From positions 1 through 43,317 of the IMG/VR virus record IMGVR_UViG_3300030330_005751: DNA of 43,317 nt. One strand, 5' to 3'. The stretch comes from a virus. Lineage: Duplodnaviria > Caudoviricetes. The position numbers were made by a program, and so were the translations under genes. Positions within the stretch are counted from its first letter, which is position 1. Each line of letters opens with the position of its first letter. The notes below the pieces were generated by a model, which saw only the letters and a list, made by a program, of their open reading frames with translations, did not search any database and was not told the DNA's origin. This document shows positions 25,437 to 35,197 of this stretch, piece by piece.

Positions 25437-28400
25437 CTAAAGCGGTACAAACGAGCCTTCATTCCATTCTAAAACTTGCAGTGTTCCGTCATTTTTTAGA
25501 GGGACGTAGGAACCGCTGATTTCTACGAGGCCGTCGTCTGCGTACTGAAGAGTTTCAACTTTGTAGACACGCTTTTCTGTAGTAGTGTTTTTGACGCTAA
25601 ATACATGCCCGTTCAACGCACCACCGACGATCTTGTTGTTGGACACCGTAACGGTGGTCTCCAAGACTCGTTCAGTGCCGGGCTGCCAGTGATACAAAGT
25701 TTTAGAACCGTCAGTCAAGCCATCTTTAGAAACAATGTCGCCATTTTCTGTGACGCTGCCTGTTTGGAAGCGACTGGTGTGGCTAGCTTCGCTGACAACT
25801 CGGAAGTATTCACCGGGCTGTAAAGCCATGGCGGCTTGCGGTGTTGTTTCAAACCGGATGCCGTGATCGACGTACTTACGTACCAACAGGGCGTACTTAG
25901 CGAAATTTCGTGCGTGCTCAGGCGACTTGCAGAAACCGCTCATGTCAAAAACTTCTTCGGGCAGTTTTTCATAATCTTCGGTTGAGTATTGAGGGTCCGC
26001 GCAAGCAAGACTAAAGGTCTGCACTTCTGGAAATCCGTTAGGTACGTCTTTGCGGTACAGCACCGTGGCTTTAAAAAGTTGCCGTTCTTCAGGAGAAAGG
26101 AACGAAACCTGCATGTTTCGCATGTTGCCGTCAGTGAACAGCGCTTTGATGCTTGGTTTAGCTGCAGGATCAATCGTGAAGTTATTTCGATACGGGACAG
26201 AAGGGAAAAGGCTGAAACGTCCGCCTTTGATTGTGAAGTCAAGGAAGTTGTAACCAGCGTTTTGGAAAATAAACTCGCGCAAGTTTTGTTTCTCTGCAAC
26301 TACGCCGTCCCAAGCAAAACCGTTAGCTCTACAAAAATCTGCGGCTACACCCATTTCAGTGGCATCTACTTGATCAGAACCGATTGTGTCGCCGGCACCA
26401 AATTTTTTATTTGTTAGCAGTGCATATGCAATTTCAGCAAAATTGTTAGAGGCTTGCTCTGCTCCAGCTCCGTTAGAGGACAGACTAGGGATTTTGATCC
26501 CTTTTTTGATGTATGCCGAAATGTCGCTGAAATTTGCCCATTCTTTACTGCTATTGATGCGAATACCCGCTACAGCTAAGTCTCTATAAGGGGCTTCACC
26601 TTCTTGGTATTCGTTGACATAAGTAATGCTATGTTCAGGTCCGTCACCATGACTTGAACTCTCCGCATCAAACCTAAAGTAGTCTGCAGTTACATTGTTT
26701 TTGTTTAAATTCACTTCGACAGTAACTGGAATTCCACCTGTTTGATTAACATGCAATACAACCGGAGTTGTTTTACCGGGAATATTGAACTGTAAATATT
26801 GATCTGCTTGGTAACCTGAACCTCCATCAACAATTGCAGCAACCACTGCATCGTTACTGGCGTACCACTGCACGTTTATTACAAGACCTGTTCCGCCGCT
26901 ACCGGCAGGTTGCTGTGGCACAGTTATGTTGCCGTCAAAAGTCGGGGTTTCTGGAAGTAGCAGTAAGCGTTGTCTACCAATTTGATAATACTTGCTTGAA
27001 CCAACAGATTCCATCTCGATACCTTGTACATACCTAACATTTGGATCCGGAAAATTGTTTTTATTTTGTCCGTCCCAAATCGGGTGGTGATCACCTAAAG
27101 AGTCGACAATGTAGACATCATCCAAATCAGGTGTATCATCGTCAAGGTCGACGTTGTACCTTGTGGCGCCAGGTGGTAACGGATGAGGCTCCCACTGCAT
27201 AGACTGCGGTACGGGAATATTCTCCAAGTTGATATAGGAAACCGTGCCACCGGTAATATTTGGAGGTTCACCAAAAAACCACTCTTTGTTGTTAGTGTCA
27301 ATTTCAGTAAGAGTTTTTTGTTTTCCGTAGCAAAAGTATTGAAAGCTCATTCGAGAACCGTTATATAGGCCATCGTTTGTACCTTGCCAACCGATTAGTT
27401 GAACAACAGGGACATTTCTGCCTATCGTGCGTAAGACAAAATTACCGCCGAAAGGTACAAGCCTGTATTCATAAATGCCTGGAGAGGGCGTATAAATAGT
27501 AATAGAGTTGTAAATTTCGCGGGGTGACTGCCCTTCAACCATAAAAAAAGTTGATTGATTTTGTCTGTTGTAGGTAATGTCAGTCCAGTTACTTTCTCCA
27601 GCTTTACGAGCAAATAGTTTGAAGAAGCTCATTCTTCGCACATATTTGTTCATCGAGCCAAGTTGGATCGATCCGTTGTCGTCTTCGAATTCTATAATTA
27701 CATCGTTATCGGGTTTTGTATTAACGTTTTGAAATCCGTTGATGCGCCTCCAAACCGTCGATTTAATTCCAATTTCAGTTGCGATGCATTCACGGTTATT
27801 TGTTACCGCTCCAATGGCTACACGCATTGGGATAACGGCGTCTCCAGGTTCGCGCGTCTCAAAGATGCGCCCGTTATCTTGAAAATTAGGTTGTTTTGTA
27901 TTCGGCAAAAGCTCTTCGGATAAAGAAAAATCGTATCCCTTTTGTGATCCGGTAGTTGGCATCCAAACATCCTCGGTTTGTTGATTGGTGCATGTGTACA
28001 AAGCGCCGTCAATTAGATAGTGCTCACCGACAGCCAAAATTTCGTCAGCGTCAATACGCCGTCGCTCCACGGACTGCCGCACGTCCGTAGTTTTGTTTAG
28101 TGGGAATTCGTTATCGTTTTCTTCAGAACCGTCAATAGCGTAAAAAATTGCATTACCGGTAGAGGCTGTAATCGCTGCTCTAGACGGAAACGAGTGGACA
28201 ACTTTGCGTTGCTTCTCTCTAGCTGTGTCTTCAGCTTTACCTTCTAGACTTTTTTGGATAAGGATTAGTTCCCAATTTGGCTGGAACACACTACCGTTTG
28301 GAATGGGCGAGAAAACACCGAACTCTGTTTGCGTTGCGGGTGTTCGAGTACCGCTTGAATATTTTTTAAACGTTTGTTCTTTGTGGTCACGCACCATCAT

Positions 28401-29105
28401 TACATCATTGGGGTGCATTGACGGCAGATGCCGCATCGTGCTGCGGCTGTATTTTTGGCCTGCGTTTTCTAGGATCCGGTTTGAGCCCGGACCGCCGTTC
28501 GAAAAGTACAGCGCCAGCTTGTGGCCCGGATAGTTGTTTAAAAGGGTGTCGCCAATTGCAAAGCCTTCAAAATCAGGTTTTTGAGCAAGCTCGCCAAAGC
28601 TAAACAGCAAGACTGCGCGAAGCTCTTGGAAGTTTTTACGGCTGTTTAATTCAGACCACAGCAGCTGGGAACTGACTCGAACACCGTCATTGGTAAAAAC
28701 CAAGGGGATGGTCGAACCAATCGTTGCTAGTTCTTGGACGCTGCTAAAACTTGATTGTTTTGCAAATCGGGTACGGCCAGTTGCGTCGGCTGTTTCTAAA
28801 CGTTTTTGTTCTGGGGGAGCTTTTGGTTTTGGTGCGAGCAGCGTGCCGATATAAGTAAGCGCTATGCCGACAACTAAATTGACGACAAAAAGAGTTGTTG
28901 CATCATTTGTTACGTCAGGAACTAGCTCATATTCTTTGGCGCGTTGACCGTTATAAGCTGCTGCTTTGTCAACGAAATACCAGTACTCATCCTCGGTTAA
29001 ACCGATTGCGTTGCAGAGGTCGGCTTCGTACTGCAGTAAAACGCGACGACCTGCAGGTTTTCGATGGGGGACCATCTCACCGCCGACCCGACGAAGCTTA
29101 GACAT
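25437..29105 (-). CDS. tail tip attachment / central fibre protein (lambda gpJ-like)
   Basis: 1222 aa with IGSTIPLVF, SNNFAEIAYALLT...GAG and C-terminal ALQPGEYFRV; follows the gpL/gpK-like genes. Confidence 0.75.
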   Translation of the reverse strand: MSKLRRVGGEMVPHRKPAGRRVLLQYEADLCNAIGLTEDEYWYFVDKAAAYNGQRAKEYELVPDVTNDATTLFVVNLVVGIALTYIGTLLAPKPKAPPEQKRLETADATGRTRFAKQSSFSSVQELATIGSTIPLVFTNDGVRVSSQLLWSELNSRKNFQELRAVLLFSFGELAQKPDFEGFAIGDTLLNNYPGHKLALYFSNGGPGSNRILENAGQKYSRSTMRHLPSMHPNDVMMVRDHKEQTFKKYSSGTRTPATQTEFGVFSPIPNGSVFQPNWELILIQKSLEGKAEDTAREKQRKVVHSFPSRAAITASTGNAIFYAIDGSEENDNEFPLNKTTDVRQSVERRRIDADEILAVGEHYLIDGALYTCTNQQTEDVWMPTTGSQKGYDFSLSEELLPNTKQPNFQDNGRIFETREPGDAVIPMRVAIGAVTNNRECIATEIGIKSTVWRRINGFQNVNTKPDNDVIIEFEDDNGSIQLGSMNKYVRRMSFFKLFARKAGESNWTDITYNRQNQSTFFMVEGQSPREIYNSITIYTPSPGIYEYRLVPFGGNFVLRTIGRNVPVVQLIGWQGTNDGLYNGSRMSFQYFCYGKQKTLTEIDTNNKEWFFGEPPNITGGTVSYINLENIPVPQSMQWEPHPLPPGATRYNVDLDDDTPDLDDVYIVDSLGDHHPIWDGQNKNNFPDPNVRYVQGIEMESVGSSKYYQIGRQRLLLLPETPTFDGNITVPQQPAGSGGTGLVINVQWYASNDAVVAAIVDGGSGYQADQYLQFNIPGKTTPVVLHVNQTGGIPVTVEVNLNKNNVTADYFRFDAESSSHGDGPEHSITYVNEYQEGEAPYRDLAVAGIRINSSKEWANFSDISAYIKKGIKIPSLSSNGAGAEQASNNFAEIAYALLTNKKFGAGDTIGSDQVDATEMGVAADFCRANGFAWDGVVAEKQNLREFIFQNAGYNFLDFTIKGGRFSLFPSVPYRNNFTIDPAAKPSIKALFTDGNMRNMQVSFLSPEERQLFKATVLYRKDVPNGFPEVQTFSLACADPQYSTEDYEKLPEEVFDMSGFCKSPEHARNFAKYALLVRKYVDHGIRFETTPQAAMALQPGEYFRVVSEASHTSRFQTGSVTENGDIVSKDGLTDGSKTLYHWQPGTERVLETTVTVSNNKIVGGALNGHVFSVKNTTTEKRVYKVETLQYADDGLVEISGSYVPLKNDGTLQVLEWNEGSFVPL

Positions 29106-29392
29106 CCCTCTTCGAAATAAACCGCCAAGCCGTAACCCTCATCGGATTGGCAAAGCGCGACTGAACCTATTGTAGGTTCGAGGGTTTTTTCACCCCAACG
29201 CTCCAATTCTTCTTGAAAAACCGAATAATCTTTGTTTTTCAATCGGCGGTACCAACTTCTACGAGGTGGCGTTGACGGAATACCGTAAAAATCTAGGACT
29301 GTACGGGCGAGCGATAAGCAGTCTGCAGTGCCATGCTTTTGTGGGTCGCTGCCTAGTCGGTACTGCATACCGATTAGCTCATAGGGATTCAC
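28997..29392 (-). CDS. NlpC/P60-like tail tip assembly protein (gpK-like)
   Basis: LIGMQYRLG......ADCLSL..VL..YGI N-terminal pattern. Confidence 0.7.
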   Translation of the reverse strand: MNPYELIGMQYRLGSDPQKHGTADCLSLARTVLDFYGIPSTPPRRSWYRRLKNKDYSVFQEELERWGEKTLEPTIGSVALCQSDEGYGLAVYFEEGCLSFVGSAVRWSPIENLQVVAFYCSTKPTSATQSV

Positions 29393-29862
29393 GCGCTTTG
29401 AATTTGCCCGCTTGTCGGCAACGACCCGACATTCGAAGTTGTCAAAACTCGGTGAGGTACAGACGCCCCAACGGCATCGATGCTGCTGCTTAAAGTAACC
29501 TCAATAGTTTCAAAGTCATACACTAAAGAAGCAGCCAACCATTTTTCCGTTGTTAAAACGCGGGCAACAGTGAACTGCGGCAGCTGCATACTGCAGGTCG
29601 TTACTTCGATATTCCATTTGTTGACAACAGCCTGGTTGGCGTAACTCATTGATATTGGGTTGTTCGAAAGCACCAGCTGGGCTTCCATGTTGTCGCCAGT
29701 CCGGTTTTTGGCTGCACCTTGGTAGATAAAGGACAGGTACTTGTGGGGGACTCCCGCTCTAGAAATTGTTATGCCGGTCTGGCTGTTTTGAAAACGGTGG
29801 ATGACGGTGTTGTTAGAGTCCTTGATTACAAGGAAGGTTGTGATGCCGACGACGGTGCTCAT
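29389..29862 (-). CDS. minor tail protein (gpL-like position)
   Basis: Directly after the tape measure, with 4-nt overlaps on both sides. Confidence 0.65.
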   Translation of the reverse strand: MSTVVGITTFLVIKDSNNTVIHRFQNSQTGITISRAGVPHKYLSFIYQGAAKNRTGDNMEAQLVLSNNPISMSYANQAVVNKWNIEVTTCSMQLPQFTVARVLTTEKWLAASLVYDFETIEVTLSSSIDAVGASVPHRVLTTSNVGSLPTSGQIQSA

Positions 29863-32800
29863 AATCCGACCCTAGCCCGACTGGAACGAGAGTTCTTCAT
29901 TGTCTTGAACGTACCAGCTTCGCCCATTTTTGCGCCGTCTTTTGCTGCCTTGGTCATGCCGGCACGGAACTGGTCTTCAGTAACGAAGCGCATTCCGTTG
30001 ATGTCGGTGACGTTGTAGTTGACGCTGAGGTTTGCTGCGGTGCCACCTTGGTTCCCGCCATTGCGGTAGCGGTCCATTACTTCTGAGGTGTTGCGGTGGA
30101 CATAGCCAGGCTGGTTGCCCATACTGAGCAACTCGGGGCCTTGTTCGCCGACGAGGTAAGTTCCGTTGGGTCGTGTCGGACCACCTGTTGCCAGTTTTGG
30201 CGGTGTAAAGGAGCCGTATCGACCACCTGTGCCGTAGTAAGAATTTGGCTCCAGTCCGGGAACACCTGTACTGCCTTTAATGGGTGTGCCACCACCACCA
30301 CCCAAAATTCCGAGGGCTTTCATGATCAAAGCCTTGGCAATCATCTGGGTTGCCATGTCGATGAACGCTTTGCCGATGTTGGCGAACATCGTGCTCATGG
30401 CTTCTTGTACCGTTCCAGTGCCGGTGATGACGTTGGTGATGGCAGTGGACATTGCCGATCCAATCTCACCTTCAACTGTTCTCGCTAAATCAACGATTCG
30501 AGCTCTTGTGTCGTTGATGTATGTGTCAAGTTCCGTCATGTACTTTTTAATAGGGTCAGCAAGATCTTTTGCGTTAGTTTCAGCATTTTCAAAACCTTCG
30601 AGAAGTTTTCCGCGAAGTTTTGCGATTCGTTCAAGCTCTTTACGCTGTTTTTCCAGCTCTTCTGTGTTTTCTTTATCAATCTCCATGTTCCGTACTGCAA
30701 GCTCTAGATTGTCCAAACGAGCTAGGGCTATTTCTCTTTGTTTCTCAATTTGTTGTACGGCGATAGCGACTTGCTCTGACATACCGCCTTTCACCAGTTC
30801 AAGCACACGACTTTGGCTGGTCAACTGATCTTGTTGATTCCTAAGCAAGTTGTTGAGGTTTTGCTGGATGTCTAGACGAATATCGGAAGCCGTCGAGAAC
30901 CTTTTTAAATTTGCAATTTGCTGCTCGGTTTCAAGCCCATCAAGCTTTGCTTGTGTGATTAAGTCTTCAATTCTTAATTGCTCTTCAGCAGCTTCTGTAA
31001 CTCCAGAAATATCTACGCTGCTAAGAGCACCAACGGGATCTGCAGCCGATGGTAGTGCAGGGGATTGAGTTTCTTCAACTTGCTTCTGTGCTTCATTAAA
31101 CTCTTTTCTAATCTCTTTGAACGTCGACAACAAGTTTTCTACAGACTCAGTTTCAAGACCAGCTTGTTTTAGTTTTTCAGCAAGCAGCTTGAACTCAAGC
31201 TCAATAACGTCAAGTCGTATTTCAGCTGCAAGTTTTTCAGCCTCAAATTTAGCTTTACCTACCGCGCTATCCATTTCATTACGCTTCACTGTAATTCTAT
31301 CTATTTTTTGCTGTGTTTCAAGTTGTAGGTTAGAAATTCGTTTTTGCGTATCCTCAACAAAGCGAGCAGTGCGCAACTGAATTTTCAGAGTTTTGAATAC
31401 GGCTTCTTCCTGAATACGCTTTTTCTTGTTCTCTAGTTCCAGGCTCTTTTGGGCATATTCACTAAACGCTTGGTTCAATGCAAGCGTGTCTGAAGCTACT
31501 TCAGGTCTAGCGCCGGAGATAACTAAATTTTGTTTGAGAGATTGTTGTTTAATTTGGTTTTGAAGTTGCAGCTGTCGTAGTTCATTAGCACCCTGCTGTG
31601 CCCTCAACTGAATTTCTGACCTCAGATGTTGCATACGCATGTCTTGCACGCGCCTTTCCACTGAAATCCGAATGTCTTCTAAGCTCTTTTCAAGGCTTTT
31701 ACGCGCTTCAGCTTCTTGTCTGTCTAACTGTGCTCTTCTGTTAGCTAACTTTTCAAGACGGGCCATAGCATTGACGCCGCTCAATAGCAGCTCATTGCCT
31801 TTCAGCTCCAGCTGTAAATCTTCAATTTCTTGTTGTAGTTTTTGCTTTTCTGTCAGTTTGACCGGCAGAAGAATAGGGAACTCCCTTTCGATTTGTTTGA
31901 TAAGTGGTGCAAGCTGCTTTCTAACTTCAGACTCGTCAACACGTCCCAGTCGGTTTCTAGGTAAGCCTTGTCTAATTTCCTGCGAACGCTGCCGTAAGCG
32001 TTCATTGACTGATTCTGGAACAGCTCCTTCTTGGATTTGTTTATTTAAGCGTTGGCGAAAATCAAAAAGGTCTTTTAGGTCTTGGTCAACACTCTTTCCT
32101 CCAAAAGATGGTAGCTTTAAAATTAGTTCTATTAGTTGACCAACAGGACCGATTAAGGTAGACAAACTTGCACTTAAGCGCAAGAAATTAGCGCTAGCTT
32201 GTCGAATTAAGCTGTCAACAGCTTGGCCAGCTTCTGTTAACTCTCGTACGCCTGCTTTGCCTAAAACTTTTTCTAACTCTTGTCGTGCTGCCGTTTCAGC
32301 TCGAATGGAAAGACCCAGTTCCGATAATGTGTCTAATCTTTTTTGGTCGGCAAGGCTTGCTGCTAGGGACTTTTGGCTAACAAGATCTAAGGTTCCTTCA
32401 AGAGTCAGCAAAGACCTTGCAGTACGGGCCGTTTCAGCAACAAAGCTATCAACAGCTCCACCGACGGCACTACCGACAACGCCGCCGAGGTCGCCAAAAA
32501 GTTCGCCAATAACGCCGCCCACAACAGCACCGGGGCCGCCGCCAAACAGTAAGGGAAACGCACCACCGACTAAAGCCCTTCCACCGCCTCGCGGTCTTCT
32601 TCTTCCTGGAGGCTCTTTCGGGCCTTGTATTCTTCCTTCACCTTCGGCACCCCGGCCTAAAAGGATGTCAACTCGGCTGATTTCTTGGCCCAGTTTTCGA
32701 TAAGCTTGGCTGCCAATTTCAACCGTTTGTAGAAGGTCTTGTAGCTCAGCTTGATAGGTGTTTAAGCCGTTAATGCTCTTAGGTACTGTTTTATTAAGTG

Positions 32801-33272
32801 CAATAAAGTCGTCAACAAACCCTTCGCTAACGGCTGCTTCTACTTGCGCCGCCTTAAGCCTTTGGTTCAAAAACTCTCGCTGAATTTTAGTTGCAGCGTT
32901 TAAGGCATTAGAAAATCTGTCTGTTCCTACTTTTGCGTTAGCTGATAATGCTCGAAACGAATTTAATTGAGCGTTGAGGCCACCTAAAGTAGTAGAATAG
33001 ATTTGTACTTTTTGTTCTTGACCATTAACGGTTCTAGTAAAAGTTCTGGCAGTGTTATCTGCACCTGCAACGTTAGCAGTGTATTCGTTGACTTCTTTAG
33101 CTAATTTTTTAACCTTTTCTGTTCCAACTCTTGCATCTGCAAAGGGGCTTCTTATAGGTTTTATGTCAGTAAGAAGTTTCTGTACGGTTCTTGCAGAAGC
33201 CTCTAGTTTGTCTAATTTTTCTAGACCTTGAACGCTAAGGCGCAGGACTTGGTTGTAAGTCGAACCAGCCAC
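29859..33272 (-). CDS. tail tape measure protein
   Basis: 1137 aa helical/coiled-coil with a Gly-rich hydrophobic patch and C-terminal ATGG.....YLVGEQGPEL; follows the chaperone pair. Confidence 0.9.
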   Translation of the reverse strand: MAGSTYNQVLRLSVQGLEKLDKLEASARTVQKLLTDIKPIRSPFADARVGTEKVKKLAKEVNEYTANVAGADNTARTFTRTVNGQEQKVQIYSTTLGGLNAQLNSFRALSANAKVGTDRFSNALNAATKIQREFLNQRLKAAQVEAAVSEGFVDDFIALNKTVPKSINGLNTYQAELQDLLQTVEIGSQAYRKLGQEISRVDILLGRGAEGEGRIQGPKEPPGRRRPRGGGRALVGGAFPLLFGGGPGAVVGGVIGELFGDLGGVVGSAVGGAVDSFVAETARTARSLLTLEGTLDLVSQKSLAASLADQKRLDTLSELGLSIRAETAARQELEKVLGKAGVRELTEAGQAVDSLIRQASANFLRLSASLSTLIGPVGQLIELILKLPSFGGKSVDQDLKDLFDFRQRLNKQIQEGAVPESVNERLRQRSQEIRQGLPRNRLGRVDESEVRKQLAPLIKQIEREFPILLPVKLTEKQKLQQEIEDLQLELKGNELLLSGVNAMARLEKLANRRAQLDRQEAEARKSLEKSLEDIRISVERRVQDMRMQHLRSEIQLRAQQGANELRQLQLQNQIKQQSLKQNLVISGARPEVASDTLALNQAFSEYAQKSLELENKKKRIQEEAVFKTLKIQLRTARFVEDTQKRISNLQLETQQKIDRITVKRNEMDSAVGKAKFEAEKLAAEIRLDVIELEFKLLAEKLKQAGLETESVENLLSTFKEIRKEFNEAQKQVEETQSPALPSAADPVGALSSVDISGVTEAAEEQLRIEDLITQAKLDGLETEQQIANLKRFSTASDIRLDIQQNLNNLLRNQQDQLTSQSRVLELVKGGMSEQVAIAVQQIEKQREIALARLDNLELAVRNMEIDKENTEELEKQRKELERIAKLRGKLLEGFENAETNAKDLADPIKKYMTELDTYINDTRARIVDLARTVEGEIGSAMSTAITNVITGTGTVQEAMSTMFANIGKAFIDMATQMIAKALIMKALGILGGGGGTPIKGSTGVPGLEPNSYYGTGGRYGSFTPPKLATGGPTRPNGTYLVGEQGPELLSMGNQPGYVHRNTSEVMDRYRNGGNQGGTAANLSVNYNVTDINGMRFVTEDQFRAGMTKAAKDGAKMGEAGTFKTMKNSRSSRARVGL

Positions 33273-33299
33273 AGCACGCCTTAGATCCTACAAGTGAGT

Positions 33300-33497
33300 C
33301 TAGCGGCGTCGTTTTGCCTTCTCCATGGCTTTTTCTTGGTCCTCATTGAGTATTTGGAAATACGCGCTCCAGCCCAGCAACTCTTCCGGAGTCATTGAAG
33401 AACGGACTTCAGCAAGACTCATGCCTAGTTCTTTGGCGACAGCAAACTGAAGCATGAGCCAGCCGTCCTTTCTTAGCTGAGCGCTCAGGATTTTGGG
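33300..33497 (-). CDS. tail assembly chaperone GT extension reached by -1 frameshift
   Basis: Not in the ORF track. Slippery heptamer C CCA AAA at 33497-33491; the -1 frame reads PKILSAQLRKDGWLMLQFAVAKELGMSLAEVRSSMTPEELLGWSAYF...RRR to TAG at 33302-33300. Confidence 0.85.
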   Translation of the reverse strand, partial: PKILSAQLRKDGWLMLQFAVAKELGMSLAEVRSSMTPEELLGWSAYFQILNEDQEKAMEKAKRRR

Positions 33498-33835
33498 TCC
33501 ATAAGCTCTGACTCTTCTTGAGTCAGTACAGCCACCATCAAAGCCTGTAGATCTTTGTCCTTGACTTCGTGCTTAAGCACGTCAATTTCACCAGGGGCAA
33601 ACAGGTTATTACCGTTGGGATCCTGCGCTTTGGCAATCAGTAGCTGTAGTGCAAAAGCAGTTGCTTCTTCTGATTTGGCGTTGCGTTGGGCACGCTCACG
33701 CTCAGCCATAGTCAGAGGAGTGACGTACATCTCGAAGCTCGAACCATCGCTGAGTTCGACAATCTTTTTGATTGGCTCGAGGTTGGCTGCTTGACGGAGA
33801 CGATCGATTGCACGCAGAGATTTAGGAGCGGGCAT
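33485..33835 (-). CDS. tail assembly chaperone (gpG-like)
   Basis: Lies between the major tail and tape measure genes and ends at the slippery site. Confidence 0.85.
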   Translation of the reverse strand: MPAPKSLRAIDRLRQAANLEPIKKIVELSDGSSFEMYVTPLTMAERERAQRNAKSEEATAFALQLLIAKAQDPNGNNLFAPGEIDVLKHEVKDKDLQALMVAVLTQEESELMDPKS

Positions 33836-33876
33836 TAGTTTTGTGAGTTATGAAATTACTGTAGCGGCGTTGCAAT

Positions 33877-33906
33877 AAAAAAGACCCCGGTGTGGACCGA
33901 GGTCTT
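33877..33906 (-). terminator. intrinsic terminator after the major tail gene
   Basis: Minus strand reads AAGACCTCGG-TCCACA-CCGGGGTCTT-TTTT. Confidence 0.85.
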
Positions 33907-33929
33907 TGTCCCCTCTGAGTAGAAGGTTA

Positions 33930-34700
33930 TCAGGACTTAGCGAAGTCGAAAGTCGGGGTGTTGGTGGGGCGGAAGCTGATTTCGACGGACTGGGCGTCAT
34001 CAGGGTTGATGGCCAGGTTTGCAGAGATCAGGTTGGCTTCGAACTCGATAGACCGGGACTTGGTGTTATCGATGGAGCCGCTGGTGAACACCTGGTCGGT
34101 GTACAGCTTGAACTTGGCACCAGTTTGAATTCGTTGGATCACGTCCTCGACCATCCGGTTGCCCAGAGCGTCGTCGGTGTCGGTGAAGTAGACGGTTGCG
34201 CTACCGGAACCATCGGCAAAACCAGCGATGAACGTCTTGAACGGGACGTACTGGCCAGGAGTAGCGCCAATCGTGGTGACGTCGATTTCATCGCGGGTGA
34301 TCTCGAAGGACCACTCACGAACTTGTGAGACCGAGGTGAAAGCGTCGTACTCAACCTGGAACTTGTTGGGGGCGGTTGCCGTTCCAGCGTCGGTGATGTC
34401 GACTGCAGAGCCACCGCTGGTTGCAGACACTTGCAGCACGCCGGTGCTGGCGGTGTAAGCGATGACGTAGTAGGTGGTGCTGGTAGACAGGCCGGCAGGC
34501 AGGGTGCCGGTGCCGGCGCCGCCGGTGGTGGTGTTGACAACGCTGAACTGGACGGGGTCGCCGACCTTGAAGTTCAGGTAAGGAGCAACGGTAATGTCGT
34601 CACCGGTGGTATCAACATCGGTCGTTGCAAACTGGCCCAGGGTGCCAGCAGGTTTGTAATACAGGGCACCGGAAGTGCCGGACAGAACGGTGGCGGCCAT
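33930..34700 (-). CDS. major tail (tube) protein
   Basis: QVREWSFEITRDEIDVTT...FIAGFADGSGSA; position; strongly biased codon use; own terminator. Confidence 0.85.
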   Translation of the reverse strand: MAATVLSGTSGALYYKPAGTLGQFATTDVDTTGDDITVAPYLNFKVGDPVQFSVVNTTTGGAGTGTLPAGLSTSTTYYVIAYTASTGVLQVSATSGGSAVDITDAGTATAPNKFQVEYDAFTSVSQVREWSFEITRDEIDVTTIGATPGQYVPFKTFIAGFADGSGSATVYFTDTDDALGNRMVEDVIQRIQTGAKFKLYTDQVFTSGSIDNTKSRSIEFEANLISANLAINPDDAQSVEISFRPTNTPTFDFAKS

Positions 34701-34765
34701 TGGCGTACCAGAGAATGAGGTTTTCTGCGGGCACTGCCCGGCTTTCTATAGGGTAGCCGCTCTAA

Positions 34766-35197
34766 TTAAGAAAGAACTGTTGCTCTATAAGAGGTGTCTA
34801 TCTGCCCTACAAAATGAGGTGAAGCGTCGTCTGATGAAAACGACGGCCCATCAATATCGCCTACCCTAAAAAAGACCCCTGTGCCCGTTTTTGCAGTCTC
34901 GTTCAACGTCTCGAGAACGTTGACAGCTGTCGTGATCAAGCTTTGGTTCCGGGCTGGGCCTTGACCTTTTTCAGTAAACACTCGAATAACGACCGCACCT
35001 CTTGCGTTGTCCACGCTGCCAGTCAAGGTAGCTTCATTGGTTACCCCAAAAGTAACATTTACGCGGACGTACTCTGTTGTAGTGTTTTTGGGTGCAGCAG
35101 TAATGTTGTCGAAGAAGACAGGAACTGAAGGAGACAGGTTGTTGAACGCTGTTAGTAGCGGGTTTTCTACAGCAGCTCGAATTGCCTGATAGTTCAT
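34766..35197 (-). CDS. tail terminator / completion protein
   Basis: 143 aa directly upstream of the major tail gene; VPVFFDN...G.V.IRVFT.KGQG pattern. Confidence 0.7.
   Translation of the reverse strand: MNYQAIRAAVENPLLTAFNNLSPSVPVFFDNITAAPKNTTTEYVRVNVTFGVTNEATLTGSVDNARGAVVIRVFTEKGQGPARNQSLITTAVNVLETLNETAKTGTGVFFRVGDIDGPSFSSDDASPHFVGQIDTSYRATVLS

Noticed and set aside
15371-29105. Diversity-generating retroelement or invertible tail-fibre cassette
   Set aside because: No reverse transcriptase, invertase or adenine-specific template/variable repeat pair was seen.
20312-33000. Numerous plus-strand ORFs opposite the fibre, tip and tape measure genes
   Set aside because: These are shadow frames caused by repetitive sequence and codon bias of the real minus-strand genes.
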